Numbered from the stretch's first letter, positions 12,470 through 28,100 are shown. The stretch is 64,000 nt of DNA from Glycera tridactyla (GCA_965644265.1 OZ286462.1:28954001-29018000), one strand, 5' to 3'. Notes: generated by a model from the sequence alone, not told the origin. Made by a program: numbers and translations.

Positions 12470-12665
12470 ACGATGGATTGATTGACTGATTGGGTGGGGT
12501 TTAATGGCATGTCTGAACCCATGGAATTATGTGTGCCATGTGTTGCAGATTCATGGAGGCTGGAGGCTCTATGCCACATAAACATCACTCTCACAAACCT
12601 CAAACACAAGCTGGTGGTGAGCTAGGTAGGATGTAAGGTGCAAGAAGCGATCAGTTTAGATGAGG
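12470..12665 (+). pseudogene. Decayed copy 5 of the unidentified coding segment
   Basis: ACATCACTCTCACAAACC shared with copy 4; reads ITLTNLKHKLVVS*VGCKVQEAISLD; the upstream GATTG..GGGTT.A.TGGCATGT...AACCCATG is also shared. Confidence 0.4.
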
Positions 12666-15600
12666 ATTGCCCTGCATCACACAACACGAAGGAACATTTA
12701 CATGAAATTTTAAAGTTCATTCAAGGTCACAATATGCAGAGTAGTGAAATACACTGTTGAATGAAGCAAGAATTTTGCAATTGAAATTTGGCAAGGCCCA
12801 GAAACACAACTGAACTTAACCCCTGCCCCCAACAGAGTGAATCAAACTCATTGGCCTTTTGTTTCATTTGGAAATAATCCAAGACAATTAGTTGCATTCA
12901 GTGCTCAGCACGCTACCTAGAAATCAATTATTTCAAATTTCTGTCGATGCAATTCAAACTCCTCAAGCAAATTCAATTCAATTTCAGTTATTTGTGGGTG
13001 ATTTTCAATAATTTCCATGCATCAAAGTGATATTTCAGATCGGTCATTCAAATCTCCATGAACATCCAGTAACTTCAACTAAAGCATCCAAACCATGTGC
13101 TTCCTTCCTTAAGTGCATTCATTACATCTGTACTGTAACAATGAAATCTGTAGCACATTTGTCCACATTATAGCAGAGCAATGACACTATCATCAAACAA
13201 ATGCATTCAAACTGTCTTACAGCCAGCCTATTGATCAGTGATGTACAACTTAAAACAGAAAATTTGCATATCCACTCTCTTCATAGGTTGATCAAGCAAC
13301 TCTCTTTTCAGATTCATGCTGTGATGTTCATCAATGTATGTGATAGATCACAGCACAAATGGAACTATTTTCAGCAAGCTTTAGGAGCGTCTCATGATTG
13401 ACGGTCAGATGCGAAACCATATTCATGAGTTATCATCCACAGTTAGACCCCCCTCCCCCCATCCCACATTACACGATATGAATCATGATGAACACATTCA
13501 AGTGAAAGCAATGCCCATCATGCGACTGATGCTGCTCCCAATATTCGTTGGAGAGGCAGCAAAATGTTACAATCATCATTACATGATACAAAGGTCACGA
13601 TGTACAGCTACCTTTGATTATATAGCATCGCATTCTGTAAATTAATCAACACAGTTGAAATCTCCTCTTCCACTCTCCCACATTTCCTTTTGGACAAAAA
13701 CACAACACAAGAATCCCGCTATTGTATCTGTGAATCTCAATATCTCATCAAAGGCACCTCGCACATGCATCAAGTTTTTCAAAATACGACTCATGAGTGT
13801 CATGTGACGCTGAGGGCCTAGCTGATTGGCTAAATCTGATTTGTGAAACTTAAATAGCATATAATATAGGCTAATGACAAACATAACGATGTCCTAAACT
13901 CAGAGTAAATAAACTTTTGAATATCATTGGAGTACGCAAATTGTTCACATTTGAATTATCAGGTGTAAATAAAATGTTAGTTTTGTTACATGCAGAGTAA
14001 AATGTAATGCAAAAATAAAGCATGCAAATCTGAACAATAATTACAAAAAATGCTTATCACATTGCAAATACTAGTTCTAAAGGCAAGTCCTACCACAGTC
14101 CAGCAAGTATCCATATATATCTATGACAAATATTGGTTTTACCCATGATATCGTTGAGATCAAAAGTGCTGAATAGCACCTCCCGCCTGTCCTTCAAAAC
14201 CAGCTAAAATGAAATCGCCAGTGCAAGATTTCAATTTCACCGGCATCTCAAAAGTTCAAGTTGAGAACATGAATTTCCACTTGAGAAATAAAAAAGATCG
14301 GTGAAATCACACGGAAAGTTTCCGGTCTACTAATGTTTCAATGGTGGTGTTGAAGCATTTATGTGCAAGTTAAATAATCAATATATATGGATACTGCCTG
14401 AATGGACAAGACATGAGTTGTGCTGACGAAAAATAAACCTGCAATAACTCAGACACCGTGAAAAATGATATCCTCAGCGGACATTCAATACCTTAAACAC
14501 AGATTCTCCAGAAACCCAAACTACACATAAGTGTAATTTTCACAACTCTAATATGGTGAACAGCAAAATCTGCCGCCACAGTTTTCAGGCTCTCAGTGTA
14601 TACGGGTGGCTCGCACAAGATGATTCAAAATGCATGTGTATGAATGACTGCAGAGTGTGATATGATTCACAGATCATTCAAAACTAGATTTGTGACCCAA
14701 AACAATCTAGAGGGGAAAAATTACCAATGGAAGGGACAAGCATCTGAACCTTCAAGTTTTAATACATTTAAACTCCAAGCCATTCCAGGAGGCTGCCCGA
14801 TCAATACAGAACTCAGCATTGCCTTTGAGATAACTTGTTCAACCCTTGATCTAGCCAATCATTTTCTCAATTACCATATAGCCTAGAGAGAAAGCAAAAA
14901 ATAAAACGGGATTGGACGATTGGAGATAGTTGAAATTGTATGCAATATCTGATGAATAGCTGGTGGCACAGCTAGGAATTGATGAATGTACTATCCTCAA
15001 CTGCACAGAACTCAAAAATCAATTCATATGGAAGTGGGGGGAAAAGTTACACATCACGTATGCAATTATGGGCAAATTACATGTGCCGCTCTCATGGGAA
15101 TACTCATCATTTTCCAAAGATGCGAGTCAAACTTTATCCGAAGTGAACATTAGAAAGAAATTCTTGAAAAACATTGCCTGAACTCCCTGTTGATTAATTG
15201 AGATAATGGTACAAGCACTTGCTCAGTGTTAGCGGAAGTGCACTTTCCCTAGACCTAACTATTTCCCTTGTTCCCATGTCATTCAATACAGAAAACAGTG
15301 CATGCCTGAACATTGCTATATCTGGTCCCTAATACATCATCATGACAGTCCCGAATTGCAACCTCCAGAACTGGAAACAGTTTCAAGGAAAGCACACATT
15401 CAAAGTTCACTTCATTCAAGAGGATAAAAACAAAGGAAAGCTTCGAACCACACCAACTTTGCACAAGAACAGAAATGGACAAATGTCTATTGCAAGCAGT
15501 GATTTCACACACACAGAATTTTCGATATCGGTAAGATACTCAAAGGAGGACAAATATGTGTCGATATATCTGTATGTAGCAACAAGGGCTGAGTGTATGT

Positions 15601-18600
15601 GTGTACGTGTGCTGGTGAAAGTATACTGTACGAAAATGGCTACTTTTAACACACACTTTATGACAACACAACATTTAGGTGGCAATGCCCATCAAGTACA
15701 AGAAACTCAAGACAACCTGGCCAACAAAATGCAATTTGTCTTATCCGCCGATCACTATAATTTCCAATTTTTTGTGAGCTCAGTTCTTGGTTAGTTATAG
15801 TATTTCCGTCACGAGCAAAAGAAACAATCTCAGACTGGAATACTATAGATCACTCAAGAGCGCATTTGGCACATCACTTACATCTTTCAAGAAATTGAGA
15901 AAGGTTGACGGTAAGAACACATTGAACTGATGTTGGTGGTAGTTTGTCTTGAATTAATTCATGCAAGTAAAAAAAATTGGCCCAGCAAATCCCCTTCCTC
16001 GACCCCACAACTGTGACCTGGGGCACAATATTTTGCATTTTCAGAGATTACAAAGTAATATACGGTAACCCGATAACAGATGTATAGAAAGTTCATTCTA
16101 ACAAAATACATCTTGTATTCATAACAATTAAGACTACATGTCATATGAAGATATATATAAAAATGTCACAAAAAAACATGGAAAACTTGAAACAATGTAT
16201 TTGATAAAATATCTTGGAAGTTACGTCAGTTAAGCATGAAGGCCTGTGTGCGGCCGTTGGCCGAAACAAGTTCGCACCAGTATAACAATTGAGCGACAGG
16301 ACAGTTGCGTGTATGGCTTCTGGCTTCAGGTTGCCGGTAGAGAGATTGGATCTGTACTTTGATGAAGTTTACCAAAAATAATTAATTCAAGAATTCCAGA
16401 ACATTATCTCTCAGTAAACCCTATCATGATCACTGCCGGGTACTTAATAGGGACCAACTTGTGTTTACGGAGTACCCCACTCGCTCAGATCATAATCTGT
16501 TCATGGCTACTCAAAAGATTCACTTGTATGTTAGCGAATCCATTCATAATTCATCAATGTGATTGGGTTTTTGAGCAAAATAAATTTTCATAGGTCATCG
16601 AAACATGGGGTGTTATTGACAGTATGTTCTTTGCAACAAGACAGAAACCAGATATGACTTCATCCACCCTGTCAAATAAACACCAAACCACTTTTCAAAA
16701 ACATATCCGCAAAAAAAGCCACAGCACGTGTTATGAGTATCACAACACCAACACAACTGGTCTGGGGAGCCTTTGTTCAGAAAGCTTCACGTATTAAAAT
16801 TAACTCGACATCTACATATGCATAACAATGTGCATAACTTCTAACTCAATTCATAAACCTCGTCCAATAAAAATGCGATTACAATGATGAGTCATTTTTA
16901 ATCAGCGAATCACGCCACTGCACGATAACGAATAGAGGGATGACAAGCTAAACCATTACCAGAATGGAATTTATTCTTGTAGCGGAATATCCCAGCAGCT
17001 GAAGAGCGTTAAAATTGTATATTAGATGGGACATAGCTGGAAGAATAGTATAATCAGAATTTGATTTGCTACAGCAAAATTCTGAGAACCACAAGTTCGA
17101 GGTCATTTCAATGTCCTTCTGTGTTTTTGAAGGTCATCATGATATAGCAATGATATGTCTGAAGGACGAGTGACTTCTCGTTACAATCGCAGTTTTGTTA
17201 GACAGGGAGTACCTGCACTGGACGCAGTGCTGTCAAGGGACAGGAGTAGATCATAGAAGTTGAATTTAATGCTAGGTGCGGAGCTACATTCAAACCTATC
17301 CACTCATAATACTTAATAAGAAGAGGCACTGGACAGTATTTGGCAAATTAGGTTTGGACATCATTTTACAAAAGCTTTACCGGTAAGTCTGCACTGCAAT
17401 AAGTTGTGAGATCCATCTGTAGCAGTTTAAATAGGGAGCACATCACTTCACAGGTTGGCCACATACTTGTGCACTCCCAACCAATGCTGACTTACAACCC
17501 CCGCAAATGGTTTTTCCTTCAACTCAAACCAAACTACTGGTAACCATCCGATCTTGTACCAATTTGACTCACGTCCAATTGCACGTGAAACTTTGGTTCA
17601 AAATTGTAATAATTAAATCGCGAAAGGATCTTTCAATCATATCTTAGCATTACGAAGGTTAATAAGTCGACATTTGTATGTTAATGTCTCGATATTCATC
17701 GAATGAAGCCGGCCTAAGCGCACAACTGGTCACCATACATGTAGACATAACTGACGCAATACTCTTGTTACCATCAGAAAGTGGTAGCTACAAGTCGGAT
17801 CAATTCCAACCAAACAGGGAACAGGTACGAATTGAGATGGTTGATATAAAGTCTGTACACACTGCCAGATCAGCCATAGATGCACTAAAGTAGAGGCCAT
17901 AGTGTGGAGCCCTGTAAGTCAACCTATTACTGATAATTGATCCCTAGAGTGAGTGGAACAAATTTCAAGCAGGTGTTGAAACTTGGGCATCAATTAAAAA
18001 TTGTATTACTCATGCATCTTTCACAACTCTGAGATGCCTTAGTTAATTCCCGCTACCTGACAGGTCAATTTAACCACAAAACTCAAATGAACCATGCCCG
18101 ATTCCAGGACTTCATGTGGCACCTTTTGACCTGCTAGCCAACATTATGAATCGCACAATCAATCGATTACCGTATGGGAAACATTGCAATTACATTATCT
18201 GCATTACAGATGGATCAGGTGAAATCAAGCCGCTACCGCATCATGTCACATCACTGCTAACTGAATTATAAGTTGCCTGTGTGTGTGACACTCTATTCTA
18301 CTCAATAAATACGGCCACCCCAACCTGGAATTATTGGAAAATGTGTCGTACTCAACAGCACACATTTTTCACGAGATCAGACACTCAAGAGTGGAGCGGT
18401 CAAAACGCCTGGGAATAATGATTACCAACATTTTACTTCAACACAACGATAATAAAATTAAATAACTTAACATTTATTTCACTTATTACTGAGTATTACG
18501 CAATCACCCCACATAAGCATGATTTGATCAGACAGGAAAAATATTAAAATGCATTAATTTCTTCACCCTGGATTCGAACTGCCTGCTAGCTTTTACGGAA

Positions 18601-21600
18601 GGAAAGCCTGCCATACAATGCCACCTAGCATCAATATATGATGTCACTAACGACCTATTGACTTCATCATCACTTGGCAGGTGAAGGATTTAACCAACAA
18701 ATGAATCAAATCTATAACGATGGCATGCGAGAAAAGATGTGTGTACCAGTCAACTATGCAAGTAATTTTCCGAACAATGTCAGAAAAGTATGGCAGTGAA
18801 GCTAATGCTAAGATATGCTCCATGCACAACCACAAAATCAGAATGTAGCTGATCTTGGAAGGTTATACGAGCGAGATGCCTGGTGTTTCTTGTCTGTCGA
18901 CTGGATGCTAGCTTAAGGCAGTAGGTAGACAATGGGATGGCCACCCATGCATGACATCCGGGACCACCAGTCAGTGAAGCAGAGAAAAGGCACAGTGTGT
19001 ATTGCACCAAACTTCAAAGTGTACTTCTGGGGACCAGCTTCTGAGGACAGACTTCGGGGCAAAGCAGTGAACCCTTCCAGGTTGTGCCATGTGGTTTGAG
19101 CATCTTTGGGGGCTCAAACGCCTTTCGTGAGCTTTGTGAAACTCATTCACAGTGAACTTAAATCTCCCTCGTCCTGATACATGTACATCAATAGATCCTG
19201 CGTGAGATTAGGAACATTGTTATTATTGATTTCATATACCTCAATTGTTAAGTCATGTATCCACCTTGTTCATAAGGATATACAGTCCCCAAAAGTACAC
19301 TTCACCACTAGAAAGAACATATCTTGTAAAGAAAGCGGAGTGAAGCAAAGTTGAAACAGAATGCAATGCAATCTAAGCTCACTATGGCAGGCATCTAGCT
19401 AGATGAAAAAGCTCAAAAACTGCAAGACAAACTGACTAGGCAATATCTCATAAACCTCAGTTGTGATGGTGATGTGGCCCCCACAAACATCGCTGAAACG
19501 GAGCGATGATGTCCGCCCCCTATCGACTAGGGAACGTTGGCCATCTCACGATATAAAATGTGCTACCTGCTATACTTCTAAAACTGTCAGTACATGTACT
19601 AATGCTCTGTTAGTTTGGCTCTTACAAAATGCTCCGTTCAGACTCCACACAAGTGGAAAAAACGACAAATGTGCTAGCACAACAATGGATATGTACCAAC
19701 GTGCGTACTGACAAGAGCGGAGTCGCCCCAAATGTGGGGTGTAGCCTATTATCACTGAAAACAGCAAAAGTTAGTTTCAGAACAAGAAACGAGTGCGCTT
19801 CCTCAGACCCCAACTAGAGAGCTGTGAAGGAGGCAATCAGGGGACGACGCCTGAGCAAGTACACCTAAGTAGCAAAGACAGAGACTCGTGTATAACAAGA
19901 AGTGCATAGAAGACACTGACAGTAACTCACAAGTTCAATGCACCTTACGTGACTTCACCGTCAAGCTATATAATATATATATATATATGTATATACTGGT
20001 TATTCAGCAAGATCTGTGCCTATTGCCTATGTTCAACAGGTAACATAATATAAATACCAATACAGTGAAAATATCAATCACTCAATCCACAATATTCAAC
20101 AATATATCATCAAGGAAATTCACTGCCTGTCCTGCATATCCAGCTTCAGCTGTCCTATATAAAAGGATGCTTATCTTCACTCAGAAAACTTGCTCTGTTT
20201 CATCAGAAAAATCTTGGACCACTCTTTCAATCCTGGAAGGGCAAGGCTACTACATCCCGCATATGATCACCATTTCTCCGATGATGTAAACTTGAATATC
20301 AGATAGTGAGCGACATTGATATTTTAACTATGTTTTATCACTATATGCGCGGTGTGCCTGCCGGCATCACAATGCATATGTTACATGGTCCCAATAAACA
20401 AAATACCCGGCAAAACAAACGAAGCCGGTCATCAAGGTAACAAACTACATTCAAGTGAGCAATGGCCACCGAATGTTCAAGTCGTGAATTCTGAGGCAGA
20501 GTTTCAATCTCTGCTGTACTGTGGAGAAGCAGGAATAGATAGCAGCGAAACTGACAAGAAAAAGACCCACAATCAAGCCCTACAAAACAGTCATTGCCCT
20601 TATGAAACTTCATACGAGCATGCTGCATAGGGTGGCAATTATCAGAGAAATACTATGATGCTAATTTACTCACATCGAAGCACAACAATTGGCTTTTACT
20701 TATTATGCAATCATTCAGAAAAAAAAAACCACTGAGCAAATAATTTCTTCACGGAACACCCTGAACACACACGTGTATCTCTAATTTCGGGAACAACTCG
20801 CACAATGCACACTGAATTGTATCAAAATGTGATGATGGTTACTTTTGGTTTGTTTACAAGCAAACAGCTCTTGGGAAACCCCTCAAACTACTCACATGAC
20901 ATACATCACAGGGAAATCCTGGAACAAATCCCATACAACTCAGAAGCTATTCATGATCCCGGTTGATCACGATTCCTAATAGATAAATGGCAGACTCGAA
21001 TATCTCTCCTCAATGATCAAACTAGCCAGAGTATTTCTGAATGGCCTGGAGAAAGTTGGGAAAAACTTCACTTTGCAACGCTAAATACGGAAATACTTGT
21101 ATGTGATGATGCCTCCAGCTAGGTGGAGCCACATACCTGGCATAGTAACCCATGCCTGAATTTTTTACCATCGGACCATGAGAAACCAGAGCGGACCAGA
21201 AATGCAGACTTCAGCTGAGGTGAGTACCTAAGAGGTGGCATACTTTTCAAGGAAGTTCATCTCAGAAATGAACACCAATCGGATTATGGAGATGATCATA
21301 CTTTTAACTGATGTGTGTGTAGCAGGACAATGAACTATGGATCAATCAATCAACACAATGTCTCCCCATCACCCAATATGAACCAGTGCAAACAAACTAT
21401 AAACTAATGAAAAAAAAACAAGATAACTAGACCTAAGAGACAGTGCTACAAGAGAACAGTGTAATAACAGCAAGATTCTACAACAAAGCTAACTAGCCAA
21501 TCAATTCAGGCTGTGGCACGCTAACAACCCGGAGATGTGTCAAGTGACGAATCAGCTAATTCGAAAACCTAATCTATGGTCAATCATTCTAGCTGATCGG

Positions 21601-22460
21601 TATACCCAACAACCGACAGTCTCATTGCCTGCAATCATCCTTCTCCCCCGATAACAGCTTAGGCATTTCATATGGACTGTTCAGATAGGTTTTGCTGAAT
21701 ATGAAGCCACAATAGATGTGGCCCGTGGTTTTCAATTCAATTTGAGCTGCAGTTGAATGCATCTAAATTCACGGCAATTCAAGAACCGAGTTTTGTGTCA
21801 TCCAAGACAGAACATGAGCTTTCAATCAGGCATAAAATAAAATATACTCCGCACAAAGATGGGGCGGATGCAGAGATATTGCGATTACTGCAATCTCTCA
21901 TATTCTGCACCGATCCTACCTTATGAAAAGTCATCATCAAAATTATGAGAATTCTCCCCCAACTGAAAACAATATAATAATCAGAAAATGGTAGAAGTAT
22001 AGCGGGACCGTTCTAACTAAACAGGTGCACATCGCAATAATGGCCAATGCATACATAATGAAAGGCACCCAGATTTCAATCAGTAATATGGCCACAACGA
22101 AGCGAAGCAATTTTCTACAAATACTAGTTTGATAAATTACTATTCTTGCACTAAAGTTATAGATCTAGATTTATGATACATGCTCTTAGCTCCGAAGTAT
22201 TTTGCTGGCATCTGCATGTGTGAAAGAGATTTTTTTCAAGATTGTTGGTGAGTAGAAACTACCCATACACATCAGCTCTACAATCTCTCTGGGCTTGAGG
22301 CTCAATTCAAACTGAACCATTCCCATGTCAGCTTTGTGTTTAATGCATGATTACCCTGCAAAATAGCACATATAAATAATCAATGGCTGAGGTGATTTCC
22401 GATGAGGACCGCAAATAAATAAGTCATTATGGCCAACATGTACAGGCAAATATACAAGCC

Positions 22461-22466
22461 TTTATT
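22461..22466 (-). terminator. Candidate brat poly(A) signal (about 8.6-kb 3' UTR)
   Basis: AATAAA on the minus strand followed by UG/U-rich sequence (ggcttgtatatttgcctgtacatgttgg). Confidence 0.4.
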
Positions 22467-25131
22467 ATTTCTATAACGCTTTACAAACGAGACTACCATG
22501 CAATGTAAGCATACCACGGAATCGAACAACTCTCAATTACGGATATTTGGCCAAACGGCTATTAGTCAACTTCGCCAAAAGTATGTCAAAATACTAATGA
22601 TGAAGCATGCAGGCCAAGACCACGGCATAAATCTAGAAAGGGTTTCGATTTCATCACTGGAAAATTTCAATAACGCTTGCAACAATTAATGAGTTTCCAG
22701 CAATTATCAAGAAGTTGCGTAAATTGTTGAGCCAATGATTTGACAAACGACAATCTTCAAATATTCACTAGCTAAAGAAAGGTAGCTTGTATTTCTAGTA
22801 AGAGCCCATTGAGAAACATGCTAATAGCTTTTTTTTCGCTAATATTACATTGCATCGCAATCTCATTTGCATCAACCCATTGCATTGTATAACGCTATTC
22901 TGATAGTCAAATACTGGTATTTGTACATTATAGTATGTAAAATAACAAAACACACATACTAAACACTAAACAACAAAAATATGAAATTGAAAAATTATAT
23001 AAAGGATACAATTAAAACTTAACATTAAGTTAAGAACCTGGTAAATTTTGTGTCATGCGTAAGATTTTTTGGTGTTACATAAATTATTGATAAAGATATG
23101 GAACGTTAGCAACACAAAACTATTAGGTTCATCATCACAATAGTAACAAGAGATGGTGATATGGTTGTTTTTTGACCTCGTCTTGTTTGGTCCGATATGA
23201 GGAGAAATGCCTAAGTGGAAGCTAGAGAACTGTGTAGGTCGACCTTCAAGGTATGGCATATTGTATCTGTGAAAGATGTATGCAATCTGTGTCGAACAAG
23301 AGAGTACTACACCCTCTAGGATGAGAACAATCACAGCAGAAGTCGTACGTTTTCACCCAAACACCATCAAATGCATTTCAATGTCCACAGACCGATTCTT
23401 GACGTACCCCACATGCCAGTTCATCCCTTGTGGACCCTGGTTTTACTAATCACGTTTTCTGTTTCCTATCTATTGCAGATGGTGTCCTATATGCATGATA
23501 TGAAAGCTGGATAACAATTATCCCCAGTTGCGAGTCCTGATCATGTGGAGTGGATGTGTACTATGCTATCATCATATATGCTGGTTTGGGTTGGTAATTC
23601 TTCACCGATATCATGCTCTCATCTTAGTGGGTTCAGAGACCGCGGTACACTTTGTATACCCTGTTTGGAGGAATAAATATTGATTGGCATTCTTCATGTG
23701 AGGAACAAACCATACAAGCACACACACACATAAGCAACGTCTACACACGCCTAGGTATACTCTGACAAACCCAACATATGCCGCCGCGTCGACACGCAGC
23801 CGAGGACACATTTAATGGGACTCCCAACTCTGGATACTTTTCAAGGGCCTGAACACCCGAAAATTCATCAACACCAAAATCGGCCGAGTAGCAGCCCCAT
23901 ACCCTGAGCACCCCATTAGCCACTGACCCTCAGACATCTCTGTCTGAGACCGGATTTAGGTGTTCCTAGATCAAAGTCCCAAACAAGAGATTTTTGTGCT
24001 GACCTAACTGTTGCAACTGTATCCCACGCCAATCACACATGCTGCTAACTCGGGATGATGATGCTGATGACAGTGGGAGTGTCTGTCTGGCATCGATGAT
24101 TTCAAACCTCTGGGAGATCTCCACATCCCAATATAGGGGTTGAGAATTGGCATTTCTCTTCTCGAAAAATGTCTCCTGAACTGGATACACTCAGTGAAGG
24201 CCTACATGGGTTCCATGACCTCTTGGACAGATACGACCTTCAGTAAGTCTCGGATAATTCTGTGACAGTATTTCCTTGAATGGACAACAAATGTTGCCCA
24301 GGGTGAAAAGTCTACATCTCCCAAGTTTTCTTGGTCCCTACTGCCTCTTTGCACTCCCAATTTTGGAATTCCTTCCACAAAATTCGAAAAGAGCCACAAT
24401 GAAAAATATATATGGGGCGACCACCCTCAGTATGAGCACTCCCAAGTATCAGAGCTGGTTGTACAGAGTACACCTAGAATTCACTAAACATGACTACTAG
24501 GAACAACACGTGCACAGTAGTACAGAATATTGCTTCTACAACCTCATGACCATTGTAATAATAATAATAATAGTATTGATAATAGTAACATGTTAAGAAC
24601 CAACAGTATGACCGCTGGCACTGCACTAATTCCCATAACTGAATGCACACAAGGCTCAATCTCGCAAGTTCAAAAACAATGCTTTTCGATCCGTCAGAAC
24701 AATCCATAACCATCATACTGACGGCATTCGAAGTCGTCAAACAGTGAGACAGACGTGACAAACTCCCAATCAGAAATCCACTACATTATGCCCCCTTTGT
24801 ATGTCGCCTATTTTCGAGCAATTCACATTTTCACGATGCATCTTGACCCTGTACATTTTTTCAGTAATTTGGATCAAATGTATCTCAGAAAAGCAGACCA
24901 AAATTGTCGGATAATTCCGTGTAGTGTGCCACACAGTGAAGCATATCATCACGAGCACAGCGAGTCTGCCAGCGTGCATGGAGAAAAGTGGACTCCACTC
25001 AAAGACAGCTAAGAATACTAGAAACACCAAGACAATGTCAACTGCTATACTACACAAAGTACATCGTACAATGGATAGCAAAATAGGGCTAAAGAAACAT
25101 CTCTCGTATGAGGTTTGTTTTTTTCTGACTT

Positions 25132-25137
25132 TTTATT
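25132..25137 (-). terminator. Candidate brat poly(A) signal (about 5.9-kb 3' UTR)
   Basis: AATAAA on the minus strand at the end of a U/A-rich block (25130-25400). Confidence 0.35.
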
Positions 25138-28100
25138 AAAATAATTTAAATAGAACAAAGCCCTACATGTGAGAGTGCATTACTGCACATCTGAGCAAAA
25201 TCACCATATAACATTTGTACAAAAACTGGCAGATGTGAAACGAACAGTGAACAGAAGTTTTAAATAATATTTCAACTATACAAACATACACACCTACATA
25301 GTAAAGTGTCATGGACTAACTAGAGAAAACAACAGAAATCAGTAGTTCATTACAAAAAAAAAGTCTGGTATGAAAAATAAATACTTTGGCGACAATCGAT
25401 CAACTTTTGCATCTCAGCATTTCAAGCATTCAACCTGTGGAAATTCGTAAGAGAAGAAATTGGCAAACTGTTACTTCTCTTATCCTGCATTTATATTAAC
25501 GGAAACACAACAGCTTGGGGACAGCGGCTGACATTTATTGTGTGCCTGTATGTGTATGTGTGTGCTATTGTGATGGAGTCGGACAAAACTGCCCTCAACT
25601 TCTCTCCCACACAGCCCCTGATAAGATTGGTCCATTCACATAATTGACAATTACATTTTGTGCCCCTACAAATGAATACACATGGATAAAAAATAATCCC
25701 TTCACAAAACCGAAGGAAGCATGCATATGCTGTACTATTTTTACAGTCTTGAATCATGAAATTTCTCAGATTACAGATTAAACAAGAATTTGTAAGACAC
25801 CCAAATATTTTTTACTGTGAATTTGCATGGGAGAAAATTTCGCTCATGCTCCATCCCAAATGTAATGTCATTGTGGGAAGATAGAAAAATGAGTGTTGGA
25901 CTATAATATTTACCCATGTGGATTCAAAAAGAGCAAAATGAAATTGTTCATTCCCATTACATACATTCACACTCACAAAGGTAGTCAAATGGTGAAAAGA
26001 ATCACAATATGATGTCGAAAATGTTGGTTGGGAGAGGACTGTAATGTACATTTGTCAGGAATATTGTAAAATGAATCCCCTGATCCAGATTCAATAGCAA
26101 ATTACAGCTGGAGAACACATTCTTCAAAGGATGATAAATAACTTCAGTCATATGACATACAGTAGGCGCTGAATTTCAAAGCTTCACAGGTCAACCAAGA
26201 CAGTCACATACTAAGACCTTCAAAATATCGAATTTGTTTTTCAGGCGAAAGCCTTTTCATGCATCAGAATTAGCGGTGAATTATAGTTGCTCTTCCAAAC
26301 GATTATTCTCCGAAATTGTGACTGAGGCACAAGTGAAATAGTGGGTTCGATGCTGGAAGATGTGTAGTTGACAGATGAACATTACAGCCCAGACCCAAGC
26401 GGTCCACCTGCCCACCCGAGGATAATGCCTGCGTTATTGCACACACTCAGCTCAGCTAGAGCTGCGGTAAGCGGGATCACTGCAGAAGCTACATTTGGTG
26501 AAGCGGGTGACAGTGAATGTATTGTAGCTCGTACACGACGACGTCGACGACTTGTGGCAGCGATAACTTGGAATGATTTGACTAGCAAGCAAACACACAA
26601 ACTACTGAGTGTCTGCTACAAACAAGAAGAGCACAGTACAAGGATCATCATCATTATCATCATCATATTCGCTTCATCACAACGCAGCAGTGTTCGGCAT
26701 ATCACAACATCAAAACGAAGACGGCCAGGTTTGCCACCACGCGTTGTTATGGAGTACCCTTCCATGCAATCAAAGGTCATCGTTCTACTAACAGTGGGAA
26801 TGCTAAGTATTGGGTCCAACACTCCTAAGCAACAGGCAAATATCAGTCCGTAATAATATTAAATCCCTCCCCCCTAGACACACACAAATATCAAAGTCTT
26901 ATTATTCCCGCATGCCCCCACCCTGTACCTCGAGAGAATCAATCATACTGTGTTATACATTAAATGGCACTAAACTATATTGGCAGTCAAACTGTGCACA
27001 AAGATTGTCTTCATCAAGGCTCCATCAATCAGAATCTACGATGTGACCACGCCATCCATTTGGCACCATCTCACAAAAAGACCAAACTCCAAGGATTTCA
27101 CTTAACGAATGGGATCGCAAAACTGTGTGACCAGACCCAATCAACAATTTGATCCAGAGATTCGAAGAGACCAAATATTTGACAAGAACTCTGCATCATG
27201 ATCTTTCGGATTGAACCCATCCAATCCATGCTATCAGCATGAATTCACTTTTCAAACCTTTAGTCACAATAGATCTTGATTTTCACAAAATCTATACAAC
27301 CAGCGAACTGACAACAAATGCAAACCAAGAGAGGCGTCAAGGAAAAGCGGAGAAAATCTGTCAGAAAAATGTTAAGTCACAACTGGTCAGCACTTCAAAT
27401 CCAATGGTCTTCATGAGTAGTAATTCCACTTTTCCCCTATTCACTTCAGTATTGTTCAGAGAATTCATCAAGGTGGATATCCAGTTCACTGTGCTGTCAA
27501 TATCTGACTGAACAATTGGTAGTCATATGAAAAAAAAATGACATATTGCTCTGGATAGTTCATAAAAACATCCCAGTGCAGTCCTGGAAGCGTAAAATTC
27601 CACTTATTCTAACCAGTGAATGCTGTAGTTTGTGAACACAATAATCCATTTGGCCGATCTGAACTGAGTATATAAAACCCCTCCCCCACCCCCATGACCC
27701 TCTCTAAGAGCTGGACAGATATGAAGCACCCTATCACTCTGACATCTAGAAAAATATCAAATCTACATTGCAAATGGAATTGAAGTGGAAAATCAATTTT
27801 AGAAATTCTGAAGCCGAGCAAAGAATGCACCAAATTCGCACAGGAAATAAGAGACTGAAGTTTTCTCCATACAAGAGGACTTATAAATAATATTCAAACC
27901 TAATGCCAATAATCCGAGGTAGCGAACATGAAAAAAATAGTGCATATACATGCTATTAACACAAAACAACATATCAACGGCATCACAATATCGAAACAAC
28001 ATCCACATGGCAAATTGTGAAAAAACATGCAGTAGGTTCAACTGCCGGGTAGCCCTGCAAACCGAACTCCACGGCAGCCCACCCGGCCGTAAGCGTTCAT

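Noticed and set aside
14234-14306. Imperfect hairpin ATTTCACCG...CGGTGAAAT
   Set aside because: Large asymmetric bulges; not pre-miRNA-like.
15342-15794. 150-aa ORF with a MATH-like KYVSIYLYV stretch
   Set aside because: The similarity comes from TA/TG-rich low-complexity DNA; no other MATH features or clear splice sites.
26368-26853. 161-aa + strand ORF
   Set aside because: Built from (CGA)n and (ATC)n micro-repeats (RRRRR, IIIIII); no domain.
27917-27923. let-7 seed match (CUACCUC on the minus strand) in the putative brat 3' UTR
   Set aside because: About one 7-mer match is expected by chance in 19 kb; no clustering.
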